Source of the DNA: a virus
Length of the DNA stretch: 64,000 nt
IMG/VR virus record: IMGVR_UViG_3300037264_001603
Coordinates: 13,321 to 77,320 of that record
Strand: one strand, 5' to 3'
Below, in pieces: positions 18,783-28,801 of this stretch. Each line of letters opens with the position of its first letter. Position 1 is the stretch's first letter. A model generated the notes under the pieces. That model made no database searches and was not told where the DNA came from. It saw only the letters and a program-made list of their open reading frames with translations. The position numbers were made by a program, and so were the translations under genes.

Positions 18783-19211
18783 GTGGCAGAGGAGAATGAG
18801 GAGCTACGTGGCCGAGCTAAAGCCGATCTACGCAATGAACAGATACGAGTTCTGATTGGTAAATGGGAGAAGAGGCGAGACGAGCTTTTGGACGAAGTGT
18901 CTTTCCGTAAAGGACAGTTAGAGCTTCTAGAGGAACTGATCAGGCAATCCTACGAAAAAATCTTGGATGTAAACAAAGAAGAAAAGGCCAAGGAAGAGAA
19001 GCGGATTCAGGAAAGGTTAGACGAACTGAAGAAGCAGGCTGAGGTAGAAGAAGAGTCCAGGAGAAGTGCCGAGGCTTTGGCCCTACACGAACAGAAGCAG
19101 CGTGAGGTGGCGGAAGGAAAGAGACAGGGTAAGCCTCACCCCCTTGAGCGGGCCCGGGATCTTCAACTGAGAAAGGCCGCGGCCAGAAAGAAAAAAGACC
19201 AGGAGGAATAG
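18783..19211 (+). CDS. coiled-coil hypothetical protein
   Basis: E/K/R-rich heptads; AGGAGG RBS. Confidence 0.6.
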   Translation: MAEENEELRGRAKADLRNEQIRVLIGKWEKRRDELLDEVSFRKGQLELLEELIRQSYEKILDVNKEEKAKEEKRIQERLDELKKQAEVEEESRRSAEALALHEQKQREVAEGKRQGKPHPLERARDLQLRKAAARKKKDQEE

Positions 19212-19214
19212 CTC

Positions 19215-20753
19215 GTGGTACGAACGAGGATCCGAGAAGATCAAGAACAGGATGTCTCGTTTGTTAGTGAGGGTGAGCTAAACGAGTTCTTTACTTCGGT
19301 AGTTATCACTGGTACTGAGGATTCCACAAGTGTAATTCAGAACTTCAAGACCTTCTTCCCCGGACAGGGGTTGATTGTTGTCACGGACGGCCTTACAGTT
19401 ACTACAGGGACTCAGCTCGTCACCATCTCTGGTTTCAAGAACGAGTTTGTTTCTGCTTCCGGTAGTCTCCAATCCCAGATCCAGGTAGCAGGCGGTGTTA
19501 CTTCTATTACCGCCAGCGGAATTACTGTTTCTGGGGCTCTAACTTTCGCAGGGCTATCCGGAATAACCCTCATCCCGGACTTCAACACCAACACCATCAC
19601 CTTTTCAGGTTCTGGCGTTACCAGCATTGTAACTGTATCAGGAATTGAAGGCGACATCACCATCCTCGGGGCTGGCGAAGTAGATGTTATCACCGAAGGC
19701 AATACCATTGTCATTTCTGGTACACCACATACCCCAGTTCCCAATGCCATCATAGGTGCTGGGCAAGTTGTTGTCACCTCGGGTTCAAACATCACAACCA
19801 TTTCCGGCCAGCCGTCAGTGGGAAATGCCCTTATCGGTGGCGCAAATGTAACTATCGTCTCCGGAACTAGTACTACAACCATCTCGTCCGTAAATGATGT
19901 ATCAGATGCGCTGGTGGGTATCCGGGGCATCGTCGTCAATTCAGGCACTGATACTACCACCCTAGACTTCGTTCCTACGGCCCTAGTTGGGGTGCAAGGC
20001 GTTACAGTTACTTCGGGAAGCAACACGATCACGATTGGTCATGTTCCCAAAGCTTTGGTTAGCGACAATTTTGCGTCAGTGATTTCCGGAACCAATGTTG
20101 ATACCATCGTTCACAAAGCTATCATTAGTGGGCAAGGGTCAATTGTTGTAACGGGAACGAATGCCGTAACCATCAACACCTTTGATGAAACAGATGTGGA
20201 CTCTATCACCACCAGCGGTGTTACTTTCACAGGAAGCGTCAATCTCAATAGCGATGGCGGTATCCGATTAGTCCCCGGGGGTGGTAATACCATTACCGTA
20301 TCCGGTGGTAGTACTGTAGGTCAGCTCGTAGGGAACTTCTTCCAGGTAGAGTTTACTGCCGGTGGAAATGTGGCCAACACGTGGTTAGCGGTTAGCGACG
20401 CAGCCTTACCTAGCAATATCACTCCCTGGGTAGTATCGTTTCCTTGTCGGCTGGCAGGAATCTTCTTCTCTAACGCAAACGCCAATGTGGATCAGGATGT
20501 GGAGATTTACGCAGCCAACGCGGGGGCCGGCAATGCTGAAACCTTGCGATACACGTGGCAAGTACGCAATGCCCGGGTTTCGTATGATACGAACATCTCT
20601 GCCGGGGCGTTGATTCTAAATCCTGGTGATAAGGTAGGAGTATTTGTACGAGACCAGGGCGACAATGCCAAAGACGTGTGTGTGGGATTGTATGTAGAAA
20701 TCACACAGAGAACCCTCGCAGCCGCTACCGAAAACTACGCAGGTAACTTCTAA
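19215..20753 (+). CDS. fibre-like virion protein with ~27-aa repeats
   Basis: Repeats of type ALhG..xVTVxSGTxTxTI. Confidence 0.7.
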   Translation: MVRTRIREDQEQDVSFVSEGELNEFFTSVVITGTEDSTSVIQNFKTFFPGQGLIVVTDGLTVTTGTQLVTISGFKNEFVSASGSLQSQIQVAGGVTSITASGITVSGALTFAGLSGITLIPDFNTNTITFSGSGVTSIVTVSGIEGDITILGAGEVDVITEGNTIVISGTPHTPVPNAIIGAGQVVVTSGSNITTISGQPSVGNALIGGANVTIVSGTSTTTISSVNDVSDALVGIRGIVVNSGTDTTTLDFVPTALVGVQGVTVTSGSNTITIGHVPKALVSDNFASVISGTNVDTIVHKAIISGQGSIVVTGTNAVTINTFDETDVDSITTSGVTFTGSVNLNSDGGIRLVPGGGNTITVSGGSTVGQLVGNFFQVEFTAGGNVANTWLAVSDAALPSNITPWVVSFPCRLAGIFFSNANANVDQDVEIYAANAGAGNAETLRYTWQVRNARVSYDTNISAGALILNPGDKVGVFVRDQGDNAKDVCVGLYVEITQRTLAAATENYAGNF

Positions 20754-21670
20754 TGTCAGATTATCGACGCATAACAGAGCTGGTTAATACTGGCCCCGCG
20801 AACCTATTCTTTGATCAGGTTATTGGATCAGGTGAAGTCTGGGAAATTGGGGATAGAAAGATAGCCGGTTGGCGGGAAGATCTTACTGTTTCCGGAGCAT
20901 TGACTAGCGGCACTCTGAGAGTTAGAGATGGTACGCAAACCTTTGGTATCGCTAATGGTCTCCTGTACTTTTACGACCAACACCCCCAAAGGCATACTAC
21001 CATCACCATTCCAGGACAAGTATTGGTAACCCTGTCTTCTGGAGTAGATGCGCTCGGCGGCGTAAATTACACAATAGGTTCCCGCGCCATGCTGGGGGAT
21101 TCTTTCGTAAGTGTGGTCTCCGGTACCAACAGTATTCAGTGGTCAGCCAAGTCGATCATAGGTTCAGGCGCGGTTACCGTCACTTCAGGAACTGGAACAG
21201 TCTCTGTAGATGTGACTGGATCAACCCAAGCCGCCACGGCGCAGCGAGGTTTTACCAAAGAGAGCGAAGGTGTAAGTACTACAACTAGTACTACCTTACA
21301 AGAAAAGTTATCCATGTCCGCCAACGTGGCCTTGGTGGCGACCGGCACCGAGCCCGAGGCGTATCGATTACTTTGGTACTACGAGTACGGATACTCGTCT
21401 TCCAGTAATGAGTTTGAGGGCCGATTGCAGGTGGACAACAAAGACGATCTTCACTATGTGGTAGATAGACCTATCGCTACTGCCACGGGCACCTACTCTG
21501 CGGCCTCGGGATTTGCGGACATGTTGCTTACTTCTGGAACCCACACCTTTGACATTGACTATCGCTCCTCTGCTGCAGGAAAGACGGCACGTATTCGGAG
21601 CGCACGATTGAGTCTTGTTCAGCTAACCCTGGGGCCGACCTCGTCGACCCCTCCCCTGAAAGGCACATAG
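20753..21670 (+). CDS. virion structural protein
   Basis: Same SG/T-rich repeat; C-terminal LTSGTHTFDIDYRS jelly-roll-like motif. Confidence 0.6.
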   Translation: MSDYRRITELVNTGPANLFFDQVIGSGEVWEIGDRKIAGWREDLTVSGALTSGTLRVRDGTQTFGIANGLLYFYDQHPQRHTTITIPGQVLVTLSSGVDALGGVNYTIGSRAMLGDSFVSVVSGTNSIQWSAKSIIGSGAVTVTSGTGTVSVDVTGSTQAATAQRGFTKESEGVSTTTSTTLQEKLSMSANVALVATGTEPEAYRLLWYYEYGYSSSSNEFEGRLQVDNKDDLHYVVDRPIATATGTYSAASGFADMLLTSGTHTFDIDYRSSAAGKTARIRSARLSLVQLTLGPTSSTPPLKGT

Positions 21671-21680
21671 GAGGTATAGC

Positions 21681-22706
21681 GTGGCCGAGTTTCCGTATCT
21701 ATTCAACAAAGAATCCGGCATCACTAATACCGCCCAGCTGTTTAGTGAGATTCAGGACAGTAGCATCACTATTGCTTTAGACCGAATTGATGGTACTGAT
21801 CACACCCTTACAGCTATCTTCAAAGCAGCCCTATCCGGCGGGGAGTTCACAACCCTTAGCGGACTAGTAGTTGCACACGTTGGTAACCCTAATTTTGATC
21901 CTCCGGTATTCGTAACCGCAGGCGTAGACCCTGTGTCGGGAAAGACCGTTCTTGATCCGGCCAGCCCTAGAACCCCAGACGGAGAACTTCACGTAGTTGC
22001 CAGTAACTTTGGCCACATCACGGGAAACAAAGTCGTCAACTGGACTATGCAGTATACCCTCAATGCGGGAGCAACCATTTCAGAACGACTAGTGGTTCCT
22101 TCTGGTCAGACCTTGGCTCTTGAGTTCATGCAAGGACATGCCCCCACAACCCCATTCAACGTAGAGTTGAATTGGTTCGATCATTCGCCCAACAATACCA
22201 ACACGTTCTTTAGGCGCAATCCCGCTATCCGCATCAAAGAATTCAGTACTATGGTGGTCAGCGGTTCGCACACGCAGGGCGACAACACTATCCAGGTCAA
22301 TACTGACAATGGGTTCCTTTTGGCCAACAATCCAGTTCCTCGGCAGTATGGGTTCATCAATCTGGTTACTGGTAAGAGGGCCTTCATCCGAGCCAACAGC
22401 TTGAATGCTGGTACTGGTGTCCTCACCCTGAATGTGGGCATTCCTTTCAATCTTCCCAACAACTCCCCCATTGCTTTGGTGGATCGACAGATTGCTCGTA
22501 TAGGTGGCGCAGCGGGTACCTCATTGGTAGACTTTGAAATTCCGCCCAGCTTTGACGGGGACGGCTTCCGCTACATGGAAATGAAGCTTCAAAACACCCA
22601 CGCCAGCACAGCTGGTGTAGTTTTCGCCATGCTCAATGGGTGGATGACTTCTACTCTCAGCGGTACTATTCCTGGGGCCGGCGGAGGTGCCGAAGATGAG
22701 AACTAG
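21681..22706 (+). CDS. putative virion structural protein
   Basis: Beta-rich; AGGAGGT RBS. Confidence 0.55.
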   Translation: MAEFPYLFNKESGITNTAQLFSEIQDSSITIALDRIDGTDHTLTAIFKAALSGGEFTTLSGLVVAHVGNPNFDPPVFVTAGVDPVSGKTVLDPASPRTPDGELHVVASNFGHITGNKVVNWTMQYTLNAGATISERLVVPSGQTLALEFMQGHAPTTPFNVELNWFDHSPNNTNTFFRRNPAIRIKEFSTMVVSGSHTQGDNTIQVNTDNGFLLANNPVPRQYGFINLVTGKRAFIRANSLNAGTGVLTLNVGIPFNLPNNSPIALVDRQIARIGGAAGTSLVDFEIPPSFDGDGFRYMEMKLQNTHASTAGVVFAMLNGWMTSTLSGTIPGAGGGAEDEN

Positions 22707-23727
22707 TGATACCCTTCTCAAGGTCCGCGACTGGGCTTTCCTCAAAGCGTTGGCTACCATCAAGCCTCTCAAAATGGATTACGAAGAGAATGAAGATGGA
22801 TCGATTAGTGTTTTCGTCAAGCAGGGCAATTCGGAATTCTTTGTCAACTTGTTACCTCCTGGAGGCGAGCAAGTTATCGGAGGAAGCCTTACTAACGATG
22901 AAGACTACGCCGACTTCATAAACAACTACAAGCCGGGAATTGATGCTAATCCTCCGGCTAATGTAGCTCACGTACTGGATCCTGTTACCGGATTGGCCGT
23001 TCCTTCCTGGAAGACCCCAGTTACCGGAGATGGTAAGGCCCGAGTTTTAGCCAGCCACAAGCCCATCATTCCAGGCAAAGAGTCCTACAACTTCTTTACC
23101 AGCCGCGGAGATTTGGGATTGGTACTGGGAAGTGGCACTGCGCTACGTATAGAGTCCGTGTCCGGAACCGAGTACAATTACGTAGATGTTCATTTTAGTA
23201 CCGACGTCAATCCTTCCGAAGCTATCTACATCTTTGGTGGTGGCATCTCTTGGGAAGATGCTGGTTGGGGAGACGAAATTAGCCTGGAACTACGCGCCAC
23301 CCCCACTTCGGTGGTACCCGCAGTAGTGGCCTCTGGTCTTGGTCTTCCATGTGATTACAACTTGGTAGGAGATCGTATTCGCCACGCGGGTGTGGGGCAA
23401 GGCAGTCATGCCCTGGGCGGTTATCCAAAGTGGATTCCCAATTTCACCAAAACTGGGTACTGGGATTTAGACAAGGTAGCTATGAAGGCCATTCCCAGCG
23501 TTTCGGGTACAGGAACTTTTGATTGGCACACTACCGAGCAATTCGTGGGGTGCTATGTTCAAAACCTGTCGGTATACAAGAGCAACGCCCACCCGATCAT
23601 CATTGATGCGACTGAATCGGCCCCGCTGCCTTATGGTGTCTATCTCCGTTTGATTGCCCATAACGTCAGTGATACCGATTGGAAGGTTTGGGCCTTCATG
23701 AAGATGTATCGAGAAAGGTTGAAATAA
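22696..23727 (+). CDS. putative virion structural protein
   Basis: Beta-rich; coupled to neighbours. Confidence 0.55.
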   Translation: MRTSDTLLKVRDWAFLKALATIKPLKMDYEENEDGSISVFVKQGNSEFFVNLLPPGGEQVIGGSLTNDEDYADFINNYKPGIDANPPANVAHVLDPVTGLAVPSWKTPVTGDGKARVLASHKPIIPGKESYNFFTSRGDLGLVLGSGTALRIESVSGTEYNYVDVHFSTDVNPSEAIYIFGGGISWEDAGWGDEISLELRATPTSVVPAVVASGLGLPCDYNLVGDRIRHAGVGQGSHALGGYPKWIPNFTKTGYWDLDKVAMKAIPSVSGTGTFDWHTTEQFVGCYVQNLSVYKSNAHPIIIDATESAPLPYGVYLRLIAHNVSDTDWKVWAFMKMYRERLK

Positions 23728-24095
23728 TGCCAACACAGATCAAACATAACGGCGGATTAGTGGATGCGGTGCTAGAACTAGGTTTTGACGCCGTCAAGTA
23801 TTTCGAGATTTCGGCCACAGGGGTTGCGCAAATGTTGACCATCAGCCCCCCGGCCCGTAGATTGACTTTACGAAACGCGAGCACGTCTGTACCTGCCTAC
23901 TTCAACATCACTGGGGATGACGCAGTAGCAGCAGCCAGCTCTACTCCGGGCGACAACATAAAGCTCGGGCCAGAATGCACTTTTGAAATGGACTTTGACA
24001 CTTTGAAAAATATCTCCTTCATTACCGGCGGTGGCACAGCGCTGATTGAGGGTTGGTTGGGTTGGAAAGGTTCCGTCTGTTATCCACAAACCTAG
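23727..24095 (+). CDS. small beta-sandwich hypothetical protein
   Basis: TAATG coupling; RLTLRNAS..AYFN pattern. Confidence 0.5.
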   Translation: MPTQIKHNGGLVDAVLELGFDAVKYFEISATGVAQMLTISPPARRLTLRNASTSVPAYFNITGDDAVAAASSTPGDNIKLGPECTFEMDFDTLKNISFITGGGTALIEGWLGWKGSVCYPQT

Positions 24096-24124
24096 TTGCT
24101 AATTTGTGATTCACCACGTATAAT
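24096..24124 (+). promoter_or_regulatory. sigma70-like promoter
   Basis: TTGCTA-N17-TATAAT. Confidence 0.6.
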
Positions 24125-24146
24125 TCCTTAGTAAGGAGATCATCTC

Positions 24147-24797
24147 ATGAGTAAGCTCAACGCTGGAACTCTCGTACTCAACCGTAGTTGGTTGGCAGTA
24201 CAGGTCTGTTCTGTTAAGCGTGCTATCGCTTTGGTCTATCAAGGCCACGCCAAGGTTGTAGCTACAGATGGTCAAGCTTACGACTTTGAGGATTGGTCTC
24301 AAGTATCGCAAATCATGACCGAGGTGGGCGACGAAGAGTTCATTCACTCCCCTACCCTACGGATCAAGATCCCCCGCGTAATCGTCCTCATGTTCTACGA
24401 CAAGCTGCCAAAACGAACGGTAAGTTTCAGCCGCAAGAACATCTTCGAGCGCGACAAGTACACCTGCCAGTATTGTGGTACTCGTCCTCCGAGCAAGCGA
24501 GCTGCGCTAAAGTGGATGGAGCAAAAAGCCCTCACGTTCGACCACGTGGTTCCTAGATCCCAGGGTGGAAAGACCACTTGGGACAACATTGTAACTGCAT
24601 GCTACGATTGTAACCGTAAGAAGGCAAACCGAACTCCGGAAGACATGGGTTGGCGTCTAAAGCGACGGCCAGATCGGCCAGATTGGCACCCTACTCTGAA
24701 CATTCCGCTACGGATTATTCCGCACAAGGAATGGATCAACTTCCTGGATTTGGCTTATTACAACGTGGAGTTAGACAATGACAACGAAGGCGGTTGA
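24147..24797 (+). CDS. HNH endonuclease
   Basis: LVLN, RKNIFERDKYTCQYCG, LTFDHVVPRSQGG..WDNIVTACYDCNRKK. Confidence 0.9.
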   Translation: MSKLNAGTLVLNRSWLAVQVCSVKRAIALVYQGHAKVVATDGQAYDFEDWSQVSQIMTEVGDEEFIHSPTLRIKIPRVIVLMFYDKLPKRTVSFSRKNIFERDKYTCQYCGTRPPSKRAALKWMEQKALTFDHVVPRSQGGKTTWDNIVTACYDCNRKKANRTPEDMGWRLKRRPDRPDWHPTLNIPLRIIPHKEWINFLDLAYYNVELDNDNEGG

Positions 24798-25134
24798 GCT
24801 TTTCCAGTACCTTCGCGGGGCTGTTAGATCTGCCTATGGCACAGAAGATTTCCGTGGAAAGGCCGTGCTCTTTGTGGGAATGGATCGGGTTGGACAGGAG
24901 TTACTTCTCCGGCTATGTCTAGATGAGGTTAGCCTGTTCTTTGCCGACCATCGAGTAACCAATTACTACCAGGCACACGCTGTTTGTGGGCAGGTGTCCC
25001 CGCATCAAGGGGAGCCTGTTGACATCACGCTGGATTTTGAAAACAAGATCTTGGTGGTAAGGGGCAAATCCCTACCACTGCCCAAGCTGGGACAAGAGGC
25101 TTATACCCAGGGGGTCCATGACTTTTACCTATAA
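24778..25134 (+). CDS. degenerate stand-alone NAD-binding domain of Leu/Val/Phe dehydrogenase type
   Basis: AYGTEDFRGKAVLFVGMDRVGQELL...FFAD resembles G.D.L.GK.VAVQG.G.VG..L...L.V.D. Confidence 0.45.
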   Translation: MTTKAVELFQYLRGAVRSAYGTEDFRGKAVLFVGMDRVGQELLLRLCLDEVSLFFADHRVTNYYQAHAVCGQVSPHQGEPVDITLDFENKILVVRGKSLPLPKLGQEAYTQGVHDFYL

Positions 25135-25143
25135 GGGGGAAGC

Positions 25144-25425
25144 ATGGTTATCGTACTTCTGGATACCGTTTCAATCCTGGAACATCGTTTGGGGTTCCTG
25201 GAAGGTATTTCCGAAATTGCGACCCAGTGTAATTGGGCCCCTGGCCAAATTCAGGAGCTGCATGATTATCTGCTCGACGAGGTAATCAAGATCGACAACT
25301 TGATGTTCGATACTTACGAAGAAACTGAAGATCCAGAATTGGCCTATCTCATTTGGGAAGCGCACATGGAAGACTTGAGGCGCTGGTTAGGCCTAATCTT
25401 GGGTATCAAGATCAAATACGTTTAG
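25144..25425 (+). CDS. hypothetical helical acidic protein
   Basis: 93-aa ORF with RBS. Confidence 0.55.
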   Translation: MVIVLLDTVSILEHRLGFLEGISEIATQCNWAPGQIQELHDYLLDEVIKIDNLMFDTYEETEDPELAYLIWEAHMEDLRRWLGLILGIKIKYV

Positions 25426-25434
25426 GAGAATCAC

Positions 25435-25677
25435 ATGAAGACCTTTTGGGCAGCAAGCCTGTTATCCGTACTTTTGGCCTCGGCGGCTTTAGCCGGCCAA
25501 CCCGACCCCAACGAGCAGCGGCAGCAGCAAATGGCCCCGTCGGTAGTGGTAATTCCACAACCTGCCCCGGACAAAGATGATGGCGGCAACACTTTGATTA
25601 CAGTGGCCATTGTTGGTGCGGTGGGCGCAGTAGGTGCGGCCTACGTTTCTTCCCGGAGTCGAAAGAAGGGCGAGTAA
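25435..25677 (+). CDS. small exported/membrane-anchored protein
   Basis: Signal peptide (ALA-G) and C-terminal TM segment followed by a basic tail. Confidence 0.6.
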   Translation: MKTFWAASLLSVLLASAALAGQPDPNEQRQQQMAPSVVVIPQPAPDKDDGGNTLITVAIVGAVGAVGAAYVSSRSRKKGE

Positions 25678-26846
25678 TGTCCGTTTCGTATTGGCAGGAC
25701 ACTGGTGGCCCCAGAAAACGGGCTTACTCCCATGTAGTGATTATTGGGGCCGGTTTAGCTGGTCTATCTACCGCCTACTGGTTGCACAAGTTAGACCCTA
25801 CGCTAAGCATAGCCATTGTAGACAAGGGCACCGTTGGGTACGGAGCATCAGGGCGCAATGCAGGTTTCATTACCTGCGGTTCTACAGAACACTTCTCCCG
25901 TATGGCATCTGCGTATGGGGAGAGCAAGGCAGAAGAGATTTGGAAGTTTACCGAATACAACCACCGCTTGATTGTCGAAACCTTTGGGCTAGAGAGATTG
26001 CAGTCGGAATGCGAATACCGAAATTTGGGAAGTTGGACTCTGGCGGCTACGGAACACGAGATCCAGGTAATCGGTGAGACTGTAAAGCATCTTCAAGGCA
26101 AGGGTGTGAATGTTCAATGGTACGACAAAAAGATCGTAGATAACTGGCTGCATTGTGAAGGGTTTCACGGCGGTGCCAAATACGCAGACGACGGAGAAAT
26201 TCATCCGGTAAAGTATCTGAACCTACTGCAGCAAGAATCTGGCGCAACGCTTTACACCAACCAGGAAGTCTTTGGTTTCGAAAGCGACGGGGATGCCGTA
26301 CTTGTAAAAACCAATCAATTGGATCTCCGTGCCGAGGCTGTGGTCCTTTGTACTAATGCTTGGAGTGGGCAACTTTCCTCCTGGTTCCAAGACAAGATAG
26401 CACCTACACGCGGGCAGATTATCGTAACTGAGCCTGTCGCGCCGTTTCTAGAGCCTGCCTATTGCAGCTTTGTTCTAGACTACTTCCGACAACTCGTTGA
26501 TGGAAGAGTTTTGATTGGCGGCTTTCGCAATGCTGACATTGAACGCGAAGTAGGTTTCTCGGACGAAATCAATCCTACCATCGACGAGAAGTTGGAAGGA
26601 TTTTTGCACGATCATTTTCCTCGACTTCGTAATGCTCGCATCGACTATCGATGGAGCGGAGTCATGGGGTTCTCTGCAGATGGTTATCCCATGGTCGGGG
26701 CCTTGAACGAAGACCCGCGGATCTTCTACAATGTGGGGTTTACCGCACACGGATTAGGGTTTACTTTTGCAACCGGGGAGCTGACAGCCAAGCTTATTCT
26801 TGAAGGACAAGATCCCGGAATTTTCAGTGGGAGAAGGTTCTCATGA
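25677..26846 (+). CDS. FAD-dependent oxidoreductase (DAO/DadA/PuuB family)
   Basis: IIGAGLAG, GASGRNAG, RGQI, WSGVMGFSADGYPMVG, GFTAHG. Confidence 0.9.
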   Translation: MSVSYWQDTGGPRKRAYSHVVIIGAGLAGLSTAYWLHKLDPTLSIAIVDKGTVGYGASGRNAGFITCGSTEHFSRMASAYGESKAEEIWKFTEYNHRLIVETFGLERLQSECEYRNLGSWTLAATEHEIQVIGETVKHLQGKGVNVQWYDKKIVDNWLHCEGFHGGAKYADDGEIHPVKYLNLLQQESGATLYTNQEVFGFESDGDAVLVKTNQLDLRAEAVVLCTNAWSGQLSSWFQDKIAPTRGQIIVTEPVAPFLEPAYCSFVLDYFRQLVDGRVLIGGFRNADIEREVGFSDEINPTIDEKLEGFLHDHFPRLRNARIDYRWSGVMGFSADGYPMVGALNEDPRIFYNVGFTAHGLGFTFATGELTAKLILEGQDPGIFSGRRFS

Positions 26847-27160
26847 CTTTTGATGATCTAACGAGGGATTCGAAAGAACTATTGGATCTCCGCCCGGACG
26901 GGTGGACATGTAGCACCCTTCGCGACATGGTAAAGCTAGCGGAGGAAACAGGTGAGGTGGCCGAATGTATGGTCAAATCACACAAGACCAAGGAAGACTT
27001 GGGAGAAGAACTTTCTGATGTTTTGGTTGTAGTGGGAGTAATTGCTTTGCGTGCCGGAATTGATTTGAAGGCAGCACATCCCAAAAAGCAAGTCAAGAGA
27101 GTTCAGAAGTTGCTCAAAAGGTTTCACGGCGGAATTTACCCCTCAAAAATTGAGGGGTAG
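26843..27160 (+). CDS. MazG-like NTP pyrophosphohydrolase
   Basis: KLAEETGEVAE and EELSD acidic motifs. Confidence 0.8.
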   Translation: MTFDDLTRDSKELLDLRPDGWTCSTLRDMVKLAEETGEVAECMVKSHKTKEDLGEELSDVLVVVGVIALRAGIDLKAAHPKKQVKRVQKLLKRFHGGIYPSKIEG

Positions 27161-27234
27161 AAAATCACAATCCCCGATACTAAAATCTCGCTTCAAAGTG
27201 TGGGTTCTGCGAGATCCCATTTGTAGGAGGACGT

Positions 27235-28071
27235 ATGATGGCTTATGATTCGCAATTCGTTCTGTGTGTATTACACAACGGTAGTCCCGTAAGGGAAATT
27301 GATGGCACAGCCCATCTTCCGTTTCACAGCGAGTACAAGATTCGTGTAAAGAACAAGCATTCGTTTTTGAGGGCAAAGGCCCGTGTGTGGGTAGATGGTC
27401 GACAGGTATCTAACCTCGGAGACTTCATTCTACAGCCCAATGAGACTTTGGATCTGGAAAGGTTTCTCGATGAATCCATGACCAACGGACGACGTTTCAA
27501 GTTTGTCCCGCTTGGGGATGGTAGAGTCAACGATCCGACTGATCCGGAAAATGGCATCATCAAGGTAGAGTTCTATCGTGAGAAGCGATGGGATCCGCCG
27601 CGCATTACACCGAGACCGATTAAACGGTACGGTACCCAACCCGACTGGACTTACAATCAGAGTAATAGTGCAGGCCCTATTCTTACTGGCGGAGGACGTT
27701 CCTCTTGCTCGGTGAACTACATGTCTAGCACCATTACCAGCTCTATTGTTTCTGAGCAGTCTCCCTTTGTTGAAGAAGGGGCCGGTGCCACAGTAGAAGG
27801 GGGTCATTCTGGACAGAACTTCGTGTATGGAAGTGATTTCCCGACTGAGCCTTATCCGGTAACGCTTCGATTGAACATTCGTGGTTTGGAACGTGGAAAC
27901 TGGGACAACGAGTTTGAAATCTCTCCGCAGCCTCGGCCGCAGAAGAAGATGATCAAGTTCTGCCCCAATTGTGGAGCAAAGCGACATCGCCTGGCTGACA
28001 AGTTCTGCCATCGATGTGGTACTGCCTATCACCCACGCTACGACCAAGAGCGTGGACGTATTGTAAGATAG
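27235..28071 (+). CDS. hypothetical protein with C-terminal double zinc ribbon
   Basis: SEYKIRVKN..RA...VWVDG N-domain; FCPNCG...FCHRCGT. Confidence 0.7.
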   Translation: MMAYDSQFVLCVLHNGSPVREIDGTAHLPFHSEYKIRVKNKHSFLRAKARVWVDGRQVSNLGDFILQPNETLDLERFLDESMTNGRRFKFVPLGDGRVNDPTDPENGIIKVEFYREKRWDPPRITPRPIKRYGTQPDWTYNQSNSAGPILTGGGRSSCSVNYMSSTITSSIVSEQSPFVEEGAGATVEGGHSGQNFVYGSDFPTEPYPVTLRLNIRGLERGNWDNEFEISPQPRPQKKMIKFCPNCGAKRHRLADKFCHRCGTAYHPRYDQERGRIVR

Positions 28072-28118
28072 CCTTTCAGTCCTGGTACGGAGGGGTACCA
28101 GGACTTCCAGGAGAGAGA

Positions 28119-28361
28119 ATGCCGGAACCTTGGAAAGTCATTACTTGCGGACAAGAGCAGTGTATGGCTGAAACATTAGATGACAAAGGAAAAGTGAAAC
28201 CGGAATACAAGATCTATCCGGACATTGATACCGCGGAGTTTACGCAGTTCACTTGCAAGAGATGCGGCCATGTTGAGACCTGGGGCGTTACCAGGCGCAG
28301 CGTGGCCAAAGTACTCTACGAAAGGCTAACGAATGCTGGAATGGGTTCAAACCTGGCCTGA
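28119..28361 (+). CDS. small Zn-finger-like protein
   Basis: CGQEQC and CKRCG; AGGAG RBS. Confidence 0.55.
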   Translation: MPEPWKVITCGQEQCMAETLDDKGKVKPEYKIYPDIDTAEFTQFTCKRCGHVETWGVTRRSVAKVLYERLTNAGMGSNLA

Positions 28362-28581
28362 GTGGTTACAAACCGTATGGTTCTTTTACGTTACCTTTCA
28401 CGACATAATCCAATGGGCGGTTATTGTCCTGTTTGGACTTACCGCCTGGGGACAACGTCATAAGAAGAGGCAGCTTGAGTTACTCATAGAGCACATCCAT
28501 GAGGAATTGCATCAGCACATTCACGAGGATGCGTCGTTCCATGAGGATCTTGGGCAAAGCGGTATGACCAAAGGAGAGTAA
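28333..28581 (+). CDS. small membrane protein with His-rich tail
   Basis: TM segment IIQWAVIVLFGL; EHIHEELHQHIHE. Confidence 0.5.
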   Translation: MLEWVQTWPEWLQTVWFFYVTFHDIIQWAVIVLFGLTAWGQRHKKRQLELLIEHIHEELHQHIHEDASFHEDLGQSGMTKGE

Positions 28582-28800
28582 ATGTCCTTGGTAAACAAAG
28601 AAAACCTCCTAGCTGCACAACACATGTACCTGAATAGAATTAAAACTCTTCAACGGGAAGTAAACCGTGTGGTAGACAAGGGTCTACAACTTGGAGAGGC
28701 CAACGCGCAGACAACAATGTCCGCTCTCGATGAAATCGAAAAGGAGCTAGAGGGCATCGATGAGTGTCTCACAGTCCTGAAGCATCTCTTTAGGAGTTAG
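28582..28800 (+). CDS. coiled-coil hypothetical protein
   Basis: AGGAG RBS; heptad pattern. Confidence 0.55.
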   Translation: MSLVNKENLLAAQHMYLNRIKTLQREVNRVVDKGLQLGEANAQTTMSALDEIEKELEGIDECLTVLKHLFRS

Positions 28801-28801
28801 T

